From assembly GCA_048213135.1 (NCBI GenBank), contig PS015503.1:1-63809 (forward strand): 63,809 nt of DNA. Reading direction: 5' to 3'. The notes under the pieces are model-generated. The model had not been told where the DNA came from. It saw only the letters and a program-made list of their open reading frames with translations, and did no database searches. Positions 50,793 to 63,684 of this stretch are shown here, piece after piece. Made by a program: the position numbers and the translations under genes. The DNA comes from Reclinomonas americana ATCC 50394 (lineage: Eukaryota). The first letter of the stretch is position 1. Each line of letters opens with the position of its first letter.

Positions 50793-51891
50793 NNNNNNNN
50801 NNNNNNNNNNNNNNNNNNNNNNNNNNNNNNNNNNNNNNNNNNNNNNNNNNNNNNNNNNNNNNNNNNNNNNNNNNNNNNNNNNNNNNNNNNNNNNNNNNNN
50901 NNNNNNNNNNNNNNNNNNNNNNNNNNNNNNNNNNNNNNNNNNNNNNNNNNNNNNNNNNNNNNNNNNNNNNNNNNNNNNNNNNNNNNNNNNNNNNNNNNNN
51001 NNNNNNNNNNNNNNNNNNNNNNNNNNNNNNNNNNNNNNNNNNNNNNNNNNNNNNNNNNNNNNNNNNNNNNNNNNNNNNNNNNNNNNNNNNNNNNNNNNNN
51101 NNNNNNNNNNNNNNNNNNNNNNNNNNNNNNNNNNNNNNNNNNNNNNNNNNNNNNNNNNNNNNNNNNNNNNNNNNNNNNNNNNNNNNNNNNNNNNNNNNNN
51201 NNNNNNNNNNNNNNNNNNNNNNNNNNNNNNNNNNNNNNNNNNNNNNNNNNNNNNNNNNNNNNNNNNNNNNNNNNNNNNNNNNNNNNNNNNNNNNNNNNNN
51301 NNNNNNNNNNGCGGAAAGGAAAGACAAGAAGAGAGAGAGGGGGGAGAGAGGCAGCACCTTGATTTCGGGCGGTGCCACCACATAGACGCGACTGTCGACT
51401 GCGTGCTCGTGGATGACCATGACCCCGGGCAGTGCGGCCGTCGTGTTGCCCTGCTTGTCGGCAGCATTGAGCCACTTGGGCGCTGCCGTTGTTTGTGACT
51501 GTGGCCACCACTGCGTCTGCACCGAAACCTCCACTGTGCTGGGCGTTGTCGGCGACGAGACGTCCATGGGTGAATGAGAGAGAGAGAGGAGGGAGGGAGG
51601 GAGAGGGAGGGAAGGGAGTGAGGAGACGAGAAAGGAAGTGTGCAGTCAAGGACTGTGCGTGAGTGGGGCAGGGAGTTTTTCTTTTCTCCGACCACTCGAA
51701 AAACAAAAAACGAGATCGCGTCCGGCGGTTATATTTTGTGTTGTAGTGGTGATTGGTTGTCGATTCCCCCTCCACCGATTGTTCGGAGCAACGTGGAAGA
51801 CACAGTGGCGATGGATGCACGTGTGTGAGCGTGCTGAATCGAATGAAGTCGACAAAGACGAAAAAAGGAGAAAACTGTACATGTGCGTTTT

Positions 51892-53018
51892 TTACAAGCC
51901 GGACGTCAGTTTCGCGCTCGCACTGCACGCGGCGGGAAGTGGCGGGTCCAGGCGTTGGCAGACCACCGTCAAAAGGTCGTTCTGTGCCTGCAGCTGCAGC
52001 GATTCGGTGTGCACGCCGTTCACAGTCAACCATGGCTGGCAACAGGAGAGAGTGTGAGCAGTAAAAAACACGCACGGACGATTTAGTCCAGCAGCGAATA
52101 TATTGCAACGCAACCACATATCGCAGCGGAGGATTGAGGGCACCCGTGCGCACCGCCATCTCGTGCACCAAAAGCGGAGCCTACAGTTGCTGTTGAGAGG
52201 GAGAACGCGCAAGGAATAAAAAAGCCCATCGTATTCCTTTTTCCGCACCTGTGAGCCCTGATAACATAGTTGCAGTGTGGCCCACGACAGACCGAGCTGG
52301 GTGGCGCACACCTGACCGGCCTGCGCAGCGATGAGAAAGCATGCGACGACAGCAACAAGCCACACACACGCGCTCACTTGGATGGGATTATCGGCGGCCT
52401 CCAAGCAAAACGTGTACTCGATCGCCACGGCCGTACTCGTCATGTTGAATGCGCACGCCTGCAACGCTTGAGCGTCGCACTCGTCGAACCCATGCGGGCA
52501 TGTGTAATACCACGTTCTGCGCGTGTGTTGATCACCAGTGTGAGAAGGCAGTGAAACACAAAGAGATCGGAAGTGCATGCGAAACTTGCCCATTGGCGAT
52601 TCGGTGGTATTTCCTGCGCCCGACAATCAGCACACAGACACACTCATAACACACACACACACCGCGCACACGCACTCACCATACGGCACCAGCTCCAGGT
52701 TCAAGCGCGCACTCATGCCGTCGCCGTGCCACACATCACTCAGCACACCACTAATGAACTGTGCACAAGAGAGTGAGGACAGAGACGCATGCACACACAC
52801 AGAGAGACGGAGCACGCAACTGCTTGACTGTACGGGCATCTCGCGGCAAAGTACTGCGTGTGTCACACACATGAGTGTCTTTCAACATTGTGTTTCCCCG
52901 CTCTTCGCCCTTGACTCACCACTCCCACGTCCACAGTCTTCACACCGTGCGCAACCGTGGAGGCCACGAGCACCGCAGCCGCGAGAACGAGCACGAGTGC
53001 GACGGCGCGCCCACCCAT
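51892..53018 (-). CDS. GILT/IFI30-family lysosomal thiol reductase
   Basis: Signal peptide, YFAARCPYSQ (CxxS), LELVPYG, TCPHGFDECDA..LQAC, YV|PWLTVNG. Confidence 0.9.
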
Positions 53019-53073
53019 TTGATGAAAGTGCGGTGGAGTGCCGGTCGACGGAACCTCACTTCATTCATCAACC
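53019..53073. promoter_or_regulatory. 55-bp pseudo-palindromic spacer between divergent GILT and PDI start codons
   Basis: The ends TTGATGAA and TTCATCAA are reverse complements, and a GTCGAC palindrome sits at the centre. Confidence 0.55.
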
Positions 53074-55118
53074 ATGCGCGCGGCCGCAATCATCGTCTTG
53101 GCTCTGTGCGTTCTGTTCGCCGCGTGGTCGGTGCTCCCCGCGGAGGCCGGCATTGCGTCCGGTGGTGCAGTTGCGTGCCTCTCTTCCCCCTTTGTTTTTG
53201 CGTCATCTGCCATTTCCCTCTTGCACGCCTCTCTCGTCGTTGTCTCTCTTTGCTCACTCACTCGCTTGCGTGCAGGTGGTAAAGTTGACAAACAGCAACT
53301 TCAAGGAAAAGGTGTATGACTCGGATCAAGTGTGGATGGTTGGTTTGCATCGACTGTGTTTCGCGCTCCTTTGCACCGCACATTCGTGTTCTCACGCGCG
53401 CCTCTCTCTCTCTCTTCTCCACTTGTGCGTCCATCTCCCGCTCAGGTGGCATTTGTGGCGCCGTGGTGCGGTGAGTGTGTGTATATATGAAGAATGCGGC
53501 ACGCGCGCAGTTGTCGTCACGTGCTGCTTGTGCCACGTGTTAGCCTCGTCATCCAATTTGCTCTTCACTTTTGTTCACCATGCGTCGTGCACAGGTCACT
53601 GCCAGCGATTGGCGCCCGAGTGGGCCAAGGCCGCGGAGAGCATGAAGGGTATTGTGCTGTTTGGCGCCGTCAATTGCGACGAGGAGAAGGATCTGGCGTC
53701 CAAGTACGGCATTCAGGGCTTCCCCACGATCAAGGTGTTCGGCCCCGGCAAGAAGTCGGGCCCGTCGTCGGCCTCCAGCTACGAGGGCGCTCGCTCGGCT
53801 AACGCCATTGCGAACCATGCGGCCAGCCTGCTGCCCAACTTTGTCAAGCGTCTGAAGAAGTCCGAGGAGGCACAAGCGGTGCGTGCAATCCCCTTCGTCC
53901 CCTTTCATCTCCCTTCCTCATTCTCTCTCTCTCACACACTCCATCACTCCTGTTGCACAGTTCTTTGTAAGCGAGAAGCCCAAGGCCGTGCTGTTCACCA
54001 ACAAGACCACCACGCCGCTGCTGTTCAAGAGCCTGGCTCACGACTTCAAGAAGGTGATGGACTTTGCGGAGATTCGCGAGTCGGAGAAGGATCTGGTGAG
54101 CAAGTACGCTGGCGAGGGTGCCACGCTGCCGCTGGTCAAGGTGTTTGCCGAGTCGATCCCGATCGACCAGGAAGGTGTGAATGAGCAACCTTTCTCTTTC
54201 TCTCTCTCTCTTGTCTTCTTCCACCCTCCTCTCTCTCTCTCTCTTATCTTCTTCCACTCTCACTCACTCCTCGCTCTGGTCCTCGCAGCCATCACCACCG
54301 GCACTGCCTACGAGGGCAAGATCGACAAGATCAAGCTGGGCCTGTGGCTTGCCGGCTTTGTCAACGTCAACAACAACGCCGAGGATGTGGCGGAGAGTGT
54401 CGGCGAGAAGAAGATGAAGATCAAGAAGGTGGTACGTTTCATGGACCATGTGCTTGCGGGTTGCTTGTTGGTTTGTGCTCTGTCCTCATTGATGTGTACG
54501 TACAGGCCGTGGAGCCGGACTATGCCGTGCTGCACACTATTGAGGAGCTGCGCGAGACCGCCAACAGGTCGGCACAGCACAACCGCGTGGTCGCCATTTT
54601 CATTGTGCCCGAGGCTGGTGTGTTGTCTCCTCCACCCCCTGCCTCTTATTTGCTCTTCTCACGGTGCCTCGCAGCTGGCCGCGCCCATGTGCGCGACGTG
54701 GCTGAGGCGTACCACAACGATCCGATCGCCTTTGTCGCCACCGTGGCCGACTCCCCTATGGCCGAGGTCTGGAACCCCGTTGCCGGTGCTCCCAAGGTCG
54801 GTGCCGACAAGGCGCGCTTGCTCTTGGTCAAGCCCAAGAAGGGTCGCGTTGCCTTTGTGACCGACATTGAGCCGACCGACGACGACGAGGAGGGCTTCCA
54901 GTTCAGCATGACAGCCGTGAAGGTCAGCAGTTGTGTGTTATCTTGTTTGAAATGTACACCTCTCTCACCCCGATGTCCTGTCGCAGACGGCACTGGATCG
55001 CGTGGTGGGCGGCGACCTGCAGTTCAGGGGTCTCCCCATCTCGGAGGATGGTCGGGATTGGATCGATGTGCTGATCCACCCCAAGGGCAGCAGCGATCTG
55101 CGCTCTGACGAGTTGTAA
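53074..55118 (+). CDS. Protein disulfide-isomerase (PDIA6/MPD1-like, one active thioredoxin domain)
   Basis: Signal peptide, VAFVAPWCG|HCQRLAPEW, YGIQGFPTIK, C-terminal SDEL* retention signal. Confidence 0.92.
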
Positions 55119-55313
55119 TCGGCTCAGTCAGTTGTTGCAGGCCTCAATACTCGCTGCACCCGCCGTATTTGTCCTCCTTCTAGAGCGATGCGTCAGCGAG
55201 TAAACACCAGATGGACTGTGCCGATCACAAACAACTTTTTTTCACTCCCATTCCTACATTATGCTACGCCCCCCTTTTTTTCCTTCCTTTCTCTCACCGT
55301 TAACTAACATTAC

Positions 55314-57467
55314 TTACGATCGGACGCGAGACGCGATGGCGTTCGCTTGTCGATTTGGCAGCACCAACGCCGCCGCCACCTGTCGCTTCTGCGGCTGTCC
55401 CTGTGCCGATGTCGGCCGCCGACCCGAAGCCGATCCAGTCCGATAGCCGCGAGCGCTGAGATCGGCTCCCTCGCCATCGGAACCCGACGGCGACCATTCC
55501 GAGTCGCCAATCGAATCCGCGGCAGCAGCCGCAGTCGGCAGCGTTGGCAACCTTGGTCGGCTGCCAATGTGCAGATCCTCGAGTGTCATTGGCGGTGCCG
55601 GTGGCGGGCCGGCCAGCACCGGTGGGGTCGGAGGCGAGTTGTCGCTGTCGCGCAGCTTGCCCAGGAATCGCCGACCAAAGCGCATCTTGAGGACGGCATC
55701 TCGAGCCACCTCCCCAAACGTGGTCTTGCCCTGCGAGTCGCCCACGCTGGCCGACAACTTGCCCATGACGCCACTGACGAGGCCACGCAAGTTGCCGCCA
55801 GAGGTCTTGCTGCCTGCAGCTGTCGACGACACCAGCTTTTCCGTCGATGCCACCATGGCACTAAACGGATCGGCAGGGTTGCTGCTCGGCGCCTGCGGCT
55901 GTCGCACTGACGTGCCTGGGGTTCGTCGAGGCGACGAATTGGCGCTGGCCGCCAAGCGTGGCGCCGACACGGGTCGGGTGGCTGTTGTCGGCGGTCTGTC
56001 GTTGACATTCAACACGTTTCTGAGGAGCACGATGTGTGAGCCTTGCTAGTTTGACGAGTAAGTAAGGGAAAAGGCAATGGAGATGTGCACGCACCCGTCC
56101 TTCTCATGCTGCCGCTTCTGGCGAATGGCATGCTCGCGAGCGTGCATGCGGTCGTGCAAAAAGGCGCTCCGATCGTAGAAGATCTCTGTGCGCTTGTCCT
56201 TGACGCGCTGCGAGCGACGCTGATAGGCCGAGTACAGCACGTCGCACGTCGGGTGCGAGGCATGCAGTGTCTCCTCGGCAAACTTCAGGTAGTCCTCCAT
56301 GTTGCACGTGTCGGTCCACAAGTCGACCAGCTCGTAGGACGCGTCGAAAAACATCGGCCATGAGATGGCGGTCTGACCACGGCAGTCGTTCTCCCACTCA
56401 TCCTCCAGCAGCTTGCGCAGTTTCCTCTCCGACAGGTCGCAGTCGAGCGCCAGCATGATCTTCTGGAAGAAACCAATGTACTCATCGTGCGAGATGATGC
56501 CGTCAAAATTGCGGTCGCACACGCTCCACCACTTGAGCAGCGCCTCCTTCATGCGCGGATCACGGCGATTCTGTTCGCGCTTCTTGAAGTTCTCCGCATC
56601 GTACATCTCCATGTTGACCTGCAGAGAGGGAGAGAGAGAGAGAGAGGTGAGCAGCTATACAGGAAAAAATAACCGACATGAGATCGGAACTTGCCTGTCG
56701 TGTGTACGACTCGTACGACATGGTTCCCGTCGGCACATCCACCAACGCTCCCGCGTCCACACGCTGCTGCAACGCAGCAGCTTCGCGTTCGGCGCGCACC
56801 TCAATGTCAGGCCGCACCATGTGACACGCCTGCAAGGCGCCACGGACGCGCGACCACACCGCCTTGGCCGTCTCGCGCACCTCCACGCCGTGCGAGGTGC
56901 CCGCCATCTGCAGAATCGTCTCCTGCGTCTGCTGCCGCGCGAGTACCGGCGGCGACGCATTCCTCGTGCCCACACTCGGCGTGCGGCTCAGCGGCGCCGG
57001 CTTGCTCAGCAGCGCCGGCTGTGACGGTTGCCGCCGCGGCGAGCGTCGCGACGGAGATCCGCCCGCCGACGGTGGCGGCGCCGGGACCACCGTCCCCACG
57101 CGTCCCACCAGCATCATGCCGTCGGCAAGCGACGCCGAGGCGGTCGGGGGCGGTTGCGGCGACGTCGTGCGCGAGCCGGGTGCCGAGATGGACATTGGGG
57201 TTGCGCGGTTGCCTGACACGCCACTCTGACGCTGCGCGCTCCGCGGGCGTGCTGGTGACTGCGACGATCCGCACGTGACCACTCGTCGCGGGGCGGCGGC
57301 CGCGGTTGTTGTTGACGACGAATTACCAGTACCGTTCAATCGTGCCGAGGAAATCGTCATTAGCGATGGTGCTGGTGCCGTCTGCGAGAGAAACAAGAGG
57401 AGAAGGAGAAAAGTCAGTAATGAAAGCGCGCGATTGATTACACGGGGAGGGGCGCAACTCGTTGCAT
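55314..57467 (-). CDS. EF-hand protein, paralogue A
   Basis: DRNFDGIISHDEY EF-hand; FFDASYELVDLWTD; first exon MQR. Confidence 0.8.
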
Positions 57468-57622
57468 GGTGACTCTCTCTCGCACGACACTTGAAGAACA
57501 GTAGAATTTTCCGAAAAACGAAAAAAACCGAATGAAGACAAACGCGCCACGTCACCGTCTGTCCCGCAGTTGATCAATTTGGTGCCTCGTCGTCGCGACT
57601 CATCAAAACGCCTCCATCTCCC

Positions 57623-59492
57623 ATGCAGCAGCGCCCAGTTGCGTGAAATCTCCTCCCCACTCATCTACCTAGCACATGTAGAACAGCGCGCGTGTATGTG
57701 TTTGTGCGTGAAAGAACTGATGCGTTTGGTGGTGATGAGAGCCAGTTTGTTACAATGTCCGAGCTCATTGATGTGTTCCTCACTCTTCTCCCTTCTCAAA
57801 CAGCGCCCGCCGCTGTCGAGCGGCCTCATGCGTGGTCACTCGCCGCCTCCTGTGCACTCGTCGGCATCGTCGCCACCACAAGCACCCGTGGCGCAGTCGC
57901 TGAGTCGACCTGGCTCCTCTGCAGCGACTCGAGGTCGCACACCACTGCCTGCGCCTGCGCCCTCCATGGAGACCGCGAGCAGTCTGATGCAGGTGCGTGG
58001 CTCGTCGCGGCCCGGCACTGCAGCTGGAGCAGCACCAGTGGGAGGAGGACGAGATGAGCCGCCAAGTGTGACTCCTCCAGGCTCGAGGTGAGTGCGTGCG
58101 AGAGAGAGAGCGCGAGAGAGTGAGCATCTGTGTTGAGTGTGGCGGCTGATGTGCGTCGCAGGCACGGCACACGACGACGCTCGGACATTGACGATGTATC
58201 ATCGCAGTTGCGTTGGTGCATAGCTTCTCTTTGCGTCTCCGTGTTGTGTATTGACCGCCTTTGTAGTGCGGCGGTGGAGCGCGGTCGGTCGCCGATGCTC
58301 GCGGCAGCAATGCAGGCGCGCGGTTCGATGCCGCTCACGGCGTTCAACAGCAGTGCGGTGCCGCTGAGTGCGCTGCAGGCGCTGGTTCGGCAGGTGACCG
58401 AGTCGGGGTTGCCGACGTCGGATGCGCTGCGGCAGGAGAACCGCACACGTGCACGCTCCATGTGGACGAGGGTGCGAGCGGGTGTGCAAGTGGCGCACTT
58501 CACCAAGGATCACCTCGTTGGTGAACGAGCACGGCACGAGCTGGACGATGTGGCGAGGAAGATACAAGCTGGTGAACTCACCGACGTCATGTCGACCAAC
58601 AGGTGAGTGTGTTGGAACCCCCGGGTACTGCGCTGCGGTATGTCTGTGTGTTTTCCTTAAGCAATATGGGTGTGCGCAGAACATATGCGGATTATGTGCG
58701 CGAGGTTAATGTTGACATGTATGCCACGCCGGCGTACAATCAGCGTGAGCACAACCGGTCCAACGAGGACCTGCGGCAAGTCATTCTGCGCTGGTGGAGT
58801 GTGTGTGATCGGTGAGTCCGCAGCAGTGAGCAAAGAGTGGTCGCTACGCTCGCTGTTTAAGCTCACTCCCCTGCTCAGCAACTACGACGGTGTCATCACC
58901 AAGGACGAGTATGTCAAGTTTTTCACAAGAGTCATGGAGGTCCTCGACTGCGACCTCAGTGCGCGCCAGCTACGAGCGCTAATGGACGAGGAATGGCAGC
59001 ACGATTCCAAGGGCAACGAGGCCGTCACTTGGCCGCTCTTCTTCGACGCCAGCTTTGAGCTCATCGATTGTTTCGTGGGAGGAGCCCCATCTTGTATGTC
59101 TTGTTCTGTGCTGATTGGTGTCGCTCACCGTGTGCCTGCTTGACAGTGTGGACGGATTCTTCGGAGGCGCAAGATTATGTGACATTTGCCACCGACGTCA
59201 TCCGTCAGGCGTTCCCCTCCTACGAAACCATTTTCGCCGGCTACCAGCGGCGTGCACAGCGCGTAAAGGAGAAGCGCACTGTCATTTTTCACGACCGCGC
59301 CGAGTTCCTGCGGGAACGCATGCAGGCCCGTGATGCCGCCATTCGCCAGCGCATGCAAAAGCTCAAGGACAGCGAGCAGTACGCGATTGCGAAAGTACGT
59401 ACGGGATCAAGGAGCATCAGCACGCCACCGCCTCTGACCCGACCGCTGAGCGCCGCCGCTGGCGTCTCCCGCATGCCGGCCATTACGCCGTT
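57623..59492 (+). CDS. EF-hand protein, paralogue B; 3' end lies in a gap
   Basis: DRNYDGVITKDEY; FFDASFELID-VWTD; first exon MQQRP. Confidence 0.8.
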
Positions 59493-60385
59493 NNNNNNNN
59501 NNNNNNNNNNNNNNNNNNNNNNNNNNNNNNNNNNNNNNNNNNNNNNNNNNNNNNNNNNNNNNNNNNNNNNNNNNNNNNNNNNNNNNNNNNNNNNNNNNNN
59601 NNNNNNNNNNNNNNNNNNNNNNNNNNNNNNNNNNNNNNNNNNNNNNNNNNNNNNNNNNNNNNNNNNNNNNNNNNNNNNNNNNNNNNNNNNNNNNNNNNNN
59701 NNNNNNNNNNNNNNNNNNNNNNNNNNNNNNNNNNNNNNNNNNNNNNNNNNNNNNNNNNNNNNNNNNNNNNNNNNNNNNNNNNNNNNNNNNNNNNNNNNNN
59801 NNNNNNNNNNNNNNNNNNNNNNNNNNNNNNNNNNNNNNNNNNNNNNNNNNNNNNNNNNNNNNNNNNNNNNNNNNNNNNNNNNNNNNNNNNNNNNNNNNNN
59901 NNNNNNNNNNNNNNNNNNNNNNNNNNNNNNNNNNNNNNNNNNNNNNNNNNNNNNNNNNNNNNNNNNNNNNNNNNNNNNNNNNNNNNNNNNNNNNNNNNNN
60001 NNNNNNNNNNNNNNNNNNNNNNNNNNNNNNNNNNNNNNNNNNNNNNNNNNNNNNNNNNNNNNNNNNNNNNNNNNNNNNNNNNNNNNNNNNNNNNNNNNNN
60101 NNNNNNNNNNNNNNNNNNNNNNNNNNNNNNNNNNNNNNNNNNNNNNNNNNNNNNNNNNNNNNNNNNNNNNNNNNNNNNNNNNNNNNNNNNNNNNNNNNNN
60201 NNNNNNNNNNNNNNNNNNNNNNNNNNNNNNNNNNNNNNNNNNNNNNNNNNNNNNNNNNNNNNNNNNNNNNNNNNNNNNNNNNNNNNNNNNNNNNNNNNNN
60301 NNNNNNNNNNNNNNNNNNNNNCGTGCAGCGAGCAGGCTTTCCATCCCCCCCTTGTATTTTTTCTCATTCATCTTACCCCCTACAG

Positions 60386-61879
60386 CAACTACGCGCCCTG
60401 CATCTACCCGCAGAAGCTGGCGCAGATGGACGGCCTCGACCAGGTGCTGTGGTTGTACGACTACGACCACAAGATCACCGAAGTCGGCACGATGAATCTG
60501 TTCTTCTTCATCATCAACGAGGCCGGTGCGTTTTCTTGGAGGGTTGCTTCTCTTGCCCTTCTCTATTGCTGTGGTTTGGAGTTTGTGTAGCCGTGTCTCA
60601 CGCGTTTCCCTCCTCCTGCGCGCAGGTGAGCGTGAGTTGGTGACCGCCCCGCTGGATGACATCATCCTGCCCGGAGTCACTCGCGACACGGTACTAAGGC
60701 TGTGCCGCCAGTGGAACGAGTTCAAGGTGACAGAGCGCTACCTGAACATGGGCGAGCTGATTGACCTGCACTCGAAGGGCCGAGTTGCGTGATGAATGCA
60801 GGCCGCTGCCTCTCTTTCTTGTTTCCTCTGACATGTCTGTTTTGTCGCCGCCTCAGGTTCTCGAGTCCTTTGGCGCTGGCACGGCGGCCATTATCGCTCC
60901 AGTCGAGGGTGTCAAGTTCGAGGACAAGGTGCGTGAGAGAGAGAGAGGAGGGACAGAGTGTCGAAAAGGGCGGATGCTCTCCTGTGTCCCTATTCTCTTT
61001 CCTCCAATCTTTTCGTGTATTCCCATTCCGTATCTCTCAACTCTTCCTCTCTCCTCCACATTTGTCTCTCTCTTCCTCCGTTGCCCTTTCCTCATTTCTC
61101 TCCCTTTCGCCACCTCAGCTCTTCCTCTCATTTATTCTTTTTCCCTTCCTCCATTCTTCCCTTTTCCTTCCTCTCATGCTGCCGCTTTAACTCTGCCACT
61201 TGTCCTGTGTCTCTTTTGCATTTCTTCCATTTTCTACCCATTCTTTGGACCTGTTCCTTTTCCCTTTCCGTCCTCCTCTCCCTTTCCCGTCCTCGTTTCC
61301 CTTTCCCATTCTCCTATCTTTTCCCTGTCCTCCTCTCCCTTTCCCCGTCCTCCTCTCCCTCTCTTGCCGTCTTCTCCCTTTCCCCACCCTCCATTCCCTT
61401 TCCCATCCTCCTATCTTTTCCCTGTCCTCCTCTCCCTCTCTTGCCCTCTTCTCCCTTTCCCCACCCTCCATTCCCTTTCCCATCCTCCTTTCCCTTTCCC
61501 GCCCTCCTCCCTCTCCCGTCCTCCTCTCCCTCTCTTGCCCTCCGTCCCCTTCCCTTTCTCCTTCCTCTTCCCCCTCCTCTCCTTCCCCTTCCCGTCCTTC
61601 CCCTTCTCGGCCTTCCCCTTTCCCGCCCTCCTCTCCCCTCGCTCACCCTTCCCCTTTCGCCCCCCTTCACCTCGCAGTACATGCAGTTCCCGCTGGACCC
61701 CGAGAACCCGAAGGCCGGAGCTGGCCCGCTGGCTAAGCGTCTGACCAAGACCATTCTCGACATTCAGGTGCGACACCCTTTTCCTCCCGTGTGAGTTTCC
61801 CATCTTGCATCTCCCTCACGCCGTCACTATTGTGCAGTACGGCCGCACGCCGAGCGAGTGGTCCGTCCTGATCAACTAA
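60386..61879 (+). CDS. BCAT: Branched-chain amino acid aminotransferase (3' half)
   Basis: [54 protein letters not shown]. Confidence 0.95.
61020..61670 (+). repeat. Polypyrimidine tract with degenerate tandem units in a BCAT intron
   Basis: Almost entirely C/T; ctccctttccccaccctccattccctttcccatcctcct recurs with a spacing of about 80 nt. Confidence 0.85.
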
Positions 61880-62579
61880 GCCGAACGCCCGGCTTCCTTT
61901 GTGTGCAAACTCGTCATGCCTGATTCCTGTTGCACAAGTTATTTCTGCTGTGTATCGCGTACCAACGCGGACGGGGCTTTGGTTTTTCCCACGGCTTCAA
62001 GGCGCACAGCTTGACCCATTCATTTTTCCTGCACTTCGTGTGTGTGTGTTCCTTTGGTGGTGGTTGTCTGCTCCCTTCCACCCTTGTTTTCCAGGTCCCG
62101 CACAGTGTTGGCTTGTTTTTTTCCCTTCAGTTTTTTTGATGTGATGGTGGCACCAAGAATTTGTTCACTTTTTGTGCCTTTCATCACCTCCCGCTGTTGT
62201 TTCCTCTGTTATCATTTTGCTTCGACTTGTCTTTTGAGGTTTTTTTGGCGGTGGTTCTCGGTAGTGGTGGTGGCGGTGGTTCTCGGTAGTGGTGGCGGTG
62301 GTGGTGGTGGTGGTGGTGGTGAGGGTGATGACGATGTGTGTGTGCGACTCGTGTGTGGAAGTCGAGTCGCATAGGTTTATTCTTCTGTCATTCAGCTTGC
62401 GTGTGTATGGTTCTATTTGTGTATGCTACGGGATGGTGGGGGAGGTGGTGGATGTGAGACGCAATGAGTGAAGATGGTTGGTTTGGTAATTGAGAATGGT
62501 TGACTTGACAGTCTTTAGCAATGTCAGGAATGGTGGGCGACAGGAGACCAGGGAATCTGCTGCGGTGGTGACCGGATTG

Positions 62580-63035
62580 CCATCACATCATCTACCGCGA
62601 CACTTGTGCGCCGTACCCTGTGCACGGGAGACCAGGATGTGCAAAAGAACAGACCACGCTTGAACGTCTACATCTTGCGCAGCGAGGTCTTCCTTGCCGT
62701 CGATCCATCACCGCGACTTGCAGGGCGGATCAGGAGGCAGCAAAAGCCGTGCTGAACAAGTAGAAGTCTCGGCTTCGTTCTGCCACCAAACGCCCATCGG
62801 GATGCTTCTGCGGTATCCTGCAGCGAGGTCTTTCATGTCGTCGATCCATCACCACGACTTGCACGGGAGAGCAAGAAGTAGAAGAGGACGTCCGGTTTGC
62901 AACCCTTGCCTTCGTTCTGCCACCGCAACGCCCAGCGTCGTACCCTGTGCCGCGAGGTCATGGAGAGCAGGAGGCCGTGGAAACCGTCCTATGTGGTGAA
63001 TAAGTGACAAGTTCCGCCACCGCGACTTGCACTGA
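62580..63035. repeat. Degenerate tandem repeat of about 140 bp
   Basis: gcagcgaggtctt...gtcgatccatcacc.cgacttgca...aagtagaag...cttcgttctgccacc..aacgccca at about 62679 and 62820, with partial copies on either side. Confidence 0.7.
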
Positions 63036-63109
63036 GCTGCTAGCGCAGGCAGGAAAGTTGCCGAGCACTCTGTCGATAGTGAACTAGGCACGACAGAAAG
63101 CAATACCGT

Positions 63110-63580
63110 TCACTCCTCTTCCTCCTCCTCGTCCTCCTGCACCAACTCCTCCAGCATGTCGTCATACGACGGCTCCATCAGCACCCCATCCTCCACCGCC
63201 AGCTCCTCCTGCTGCTGCATCGCATCCTCACCCACCTCGACATCCTCCAGCACCATGCCGCGTCGGCCACCCCGCGCCTGCTGTTGCTGCCGACCCTGCG
63301 CTCCCCCAGCACCATCCTGCACAGGCGGCGGTGCTCCCGGAATCGGAGGCAACACCGCCGTCAGCTCCTTGTAGACGGCCGGCAAGAAGCGACCCAACAC
63401 CCACGCCACCTCCGCGTCCGTCAGCGAACGCGGCATGCCCGGTGGTGTCGGTGGTGCGCGTCCACCCCCACGAGGCGGCACAGCCCCGCGTCCGCCCCTG
63501 GGTGGAGTGCGTTGGCCCATGGGTCCACCCGGTGGTGGTGGAGGTGGAGGAGGTGGAGGCGGTGGAGGAGGAGGAGGTCC
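63110..63580 (-). CDS. Terminal exon of a poly-Pro/RGG-like protein with an acidic tail (partial)
   Basis: Acceptor TTCAG, then an open frame GPPPP...RGGRG...EEEEEE*. Confidence 0.5.
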   Translation of the reverse strand, partial: GPPPPPPPPPPPPPPPPGGPMGQRTPPRGGRGAVPPRGGGRAPPTPPGMPRSLTDAEVAWVLGRFLPAVYKELTAVLPPIPGAPPPVQDGAGGAQGRQQQQARGGRRGMVLEDVEVGEDAMQQQEELAVEDGVLMEPSYDDMLEELVQEDEEEEEE

Positions 63581-63633
63581 CTGAAGAAGAGTGAGTGCAT
63601 TTGCGCAAGAAAGAGAGAGAAGTGGGAGGGAGG

Positions 63634-63684
<51 letters not shown>

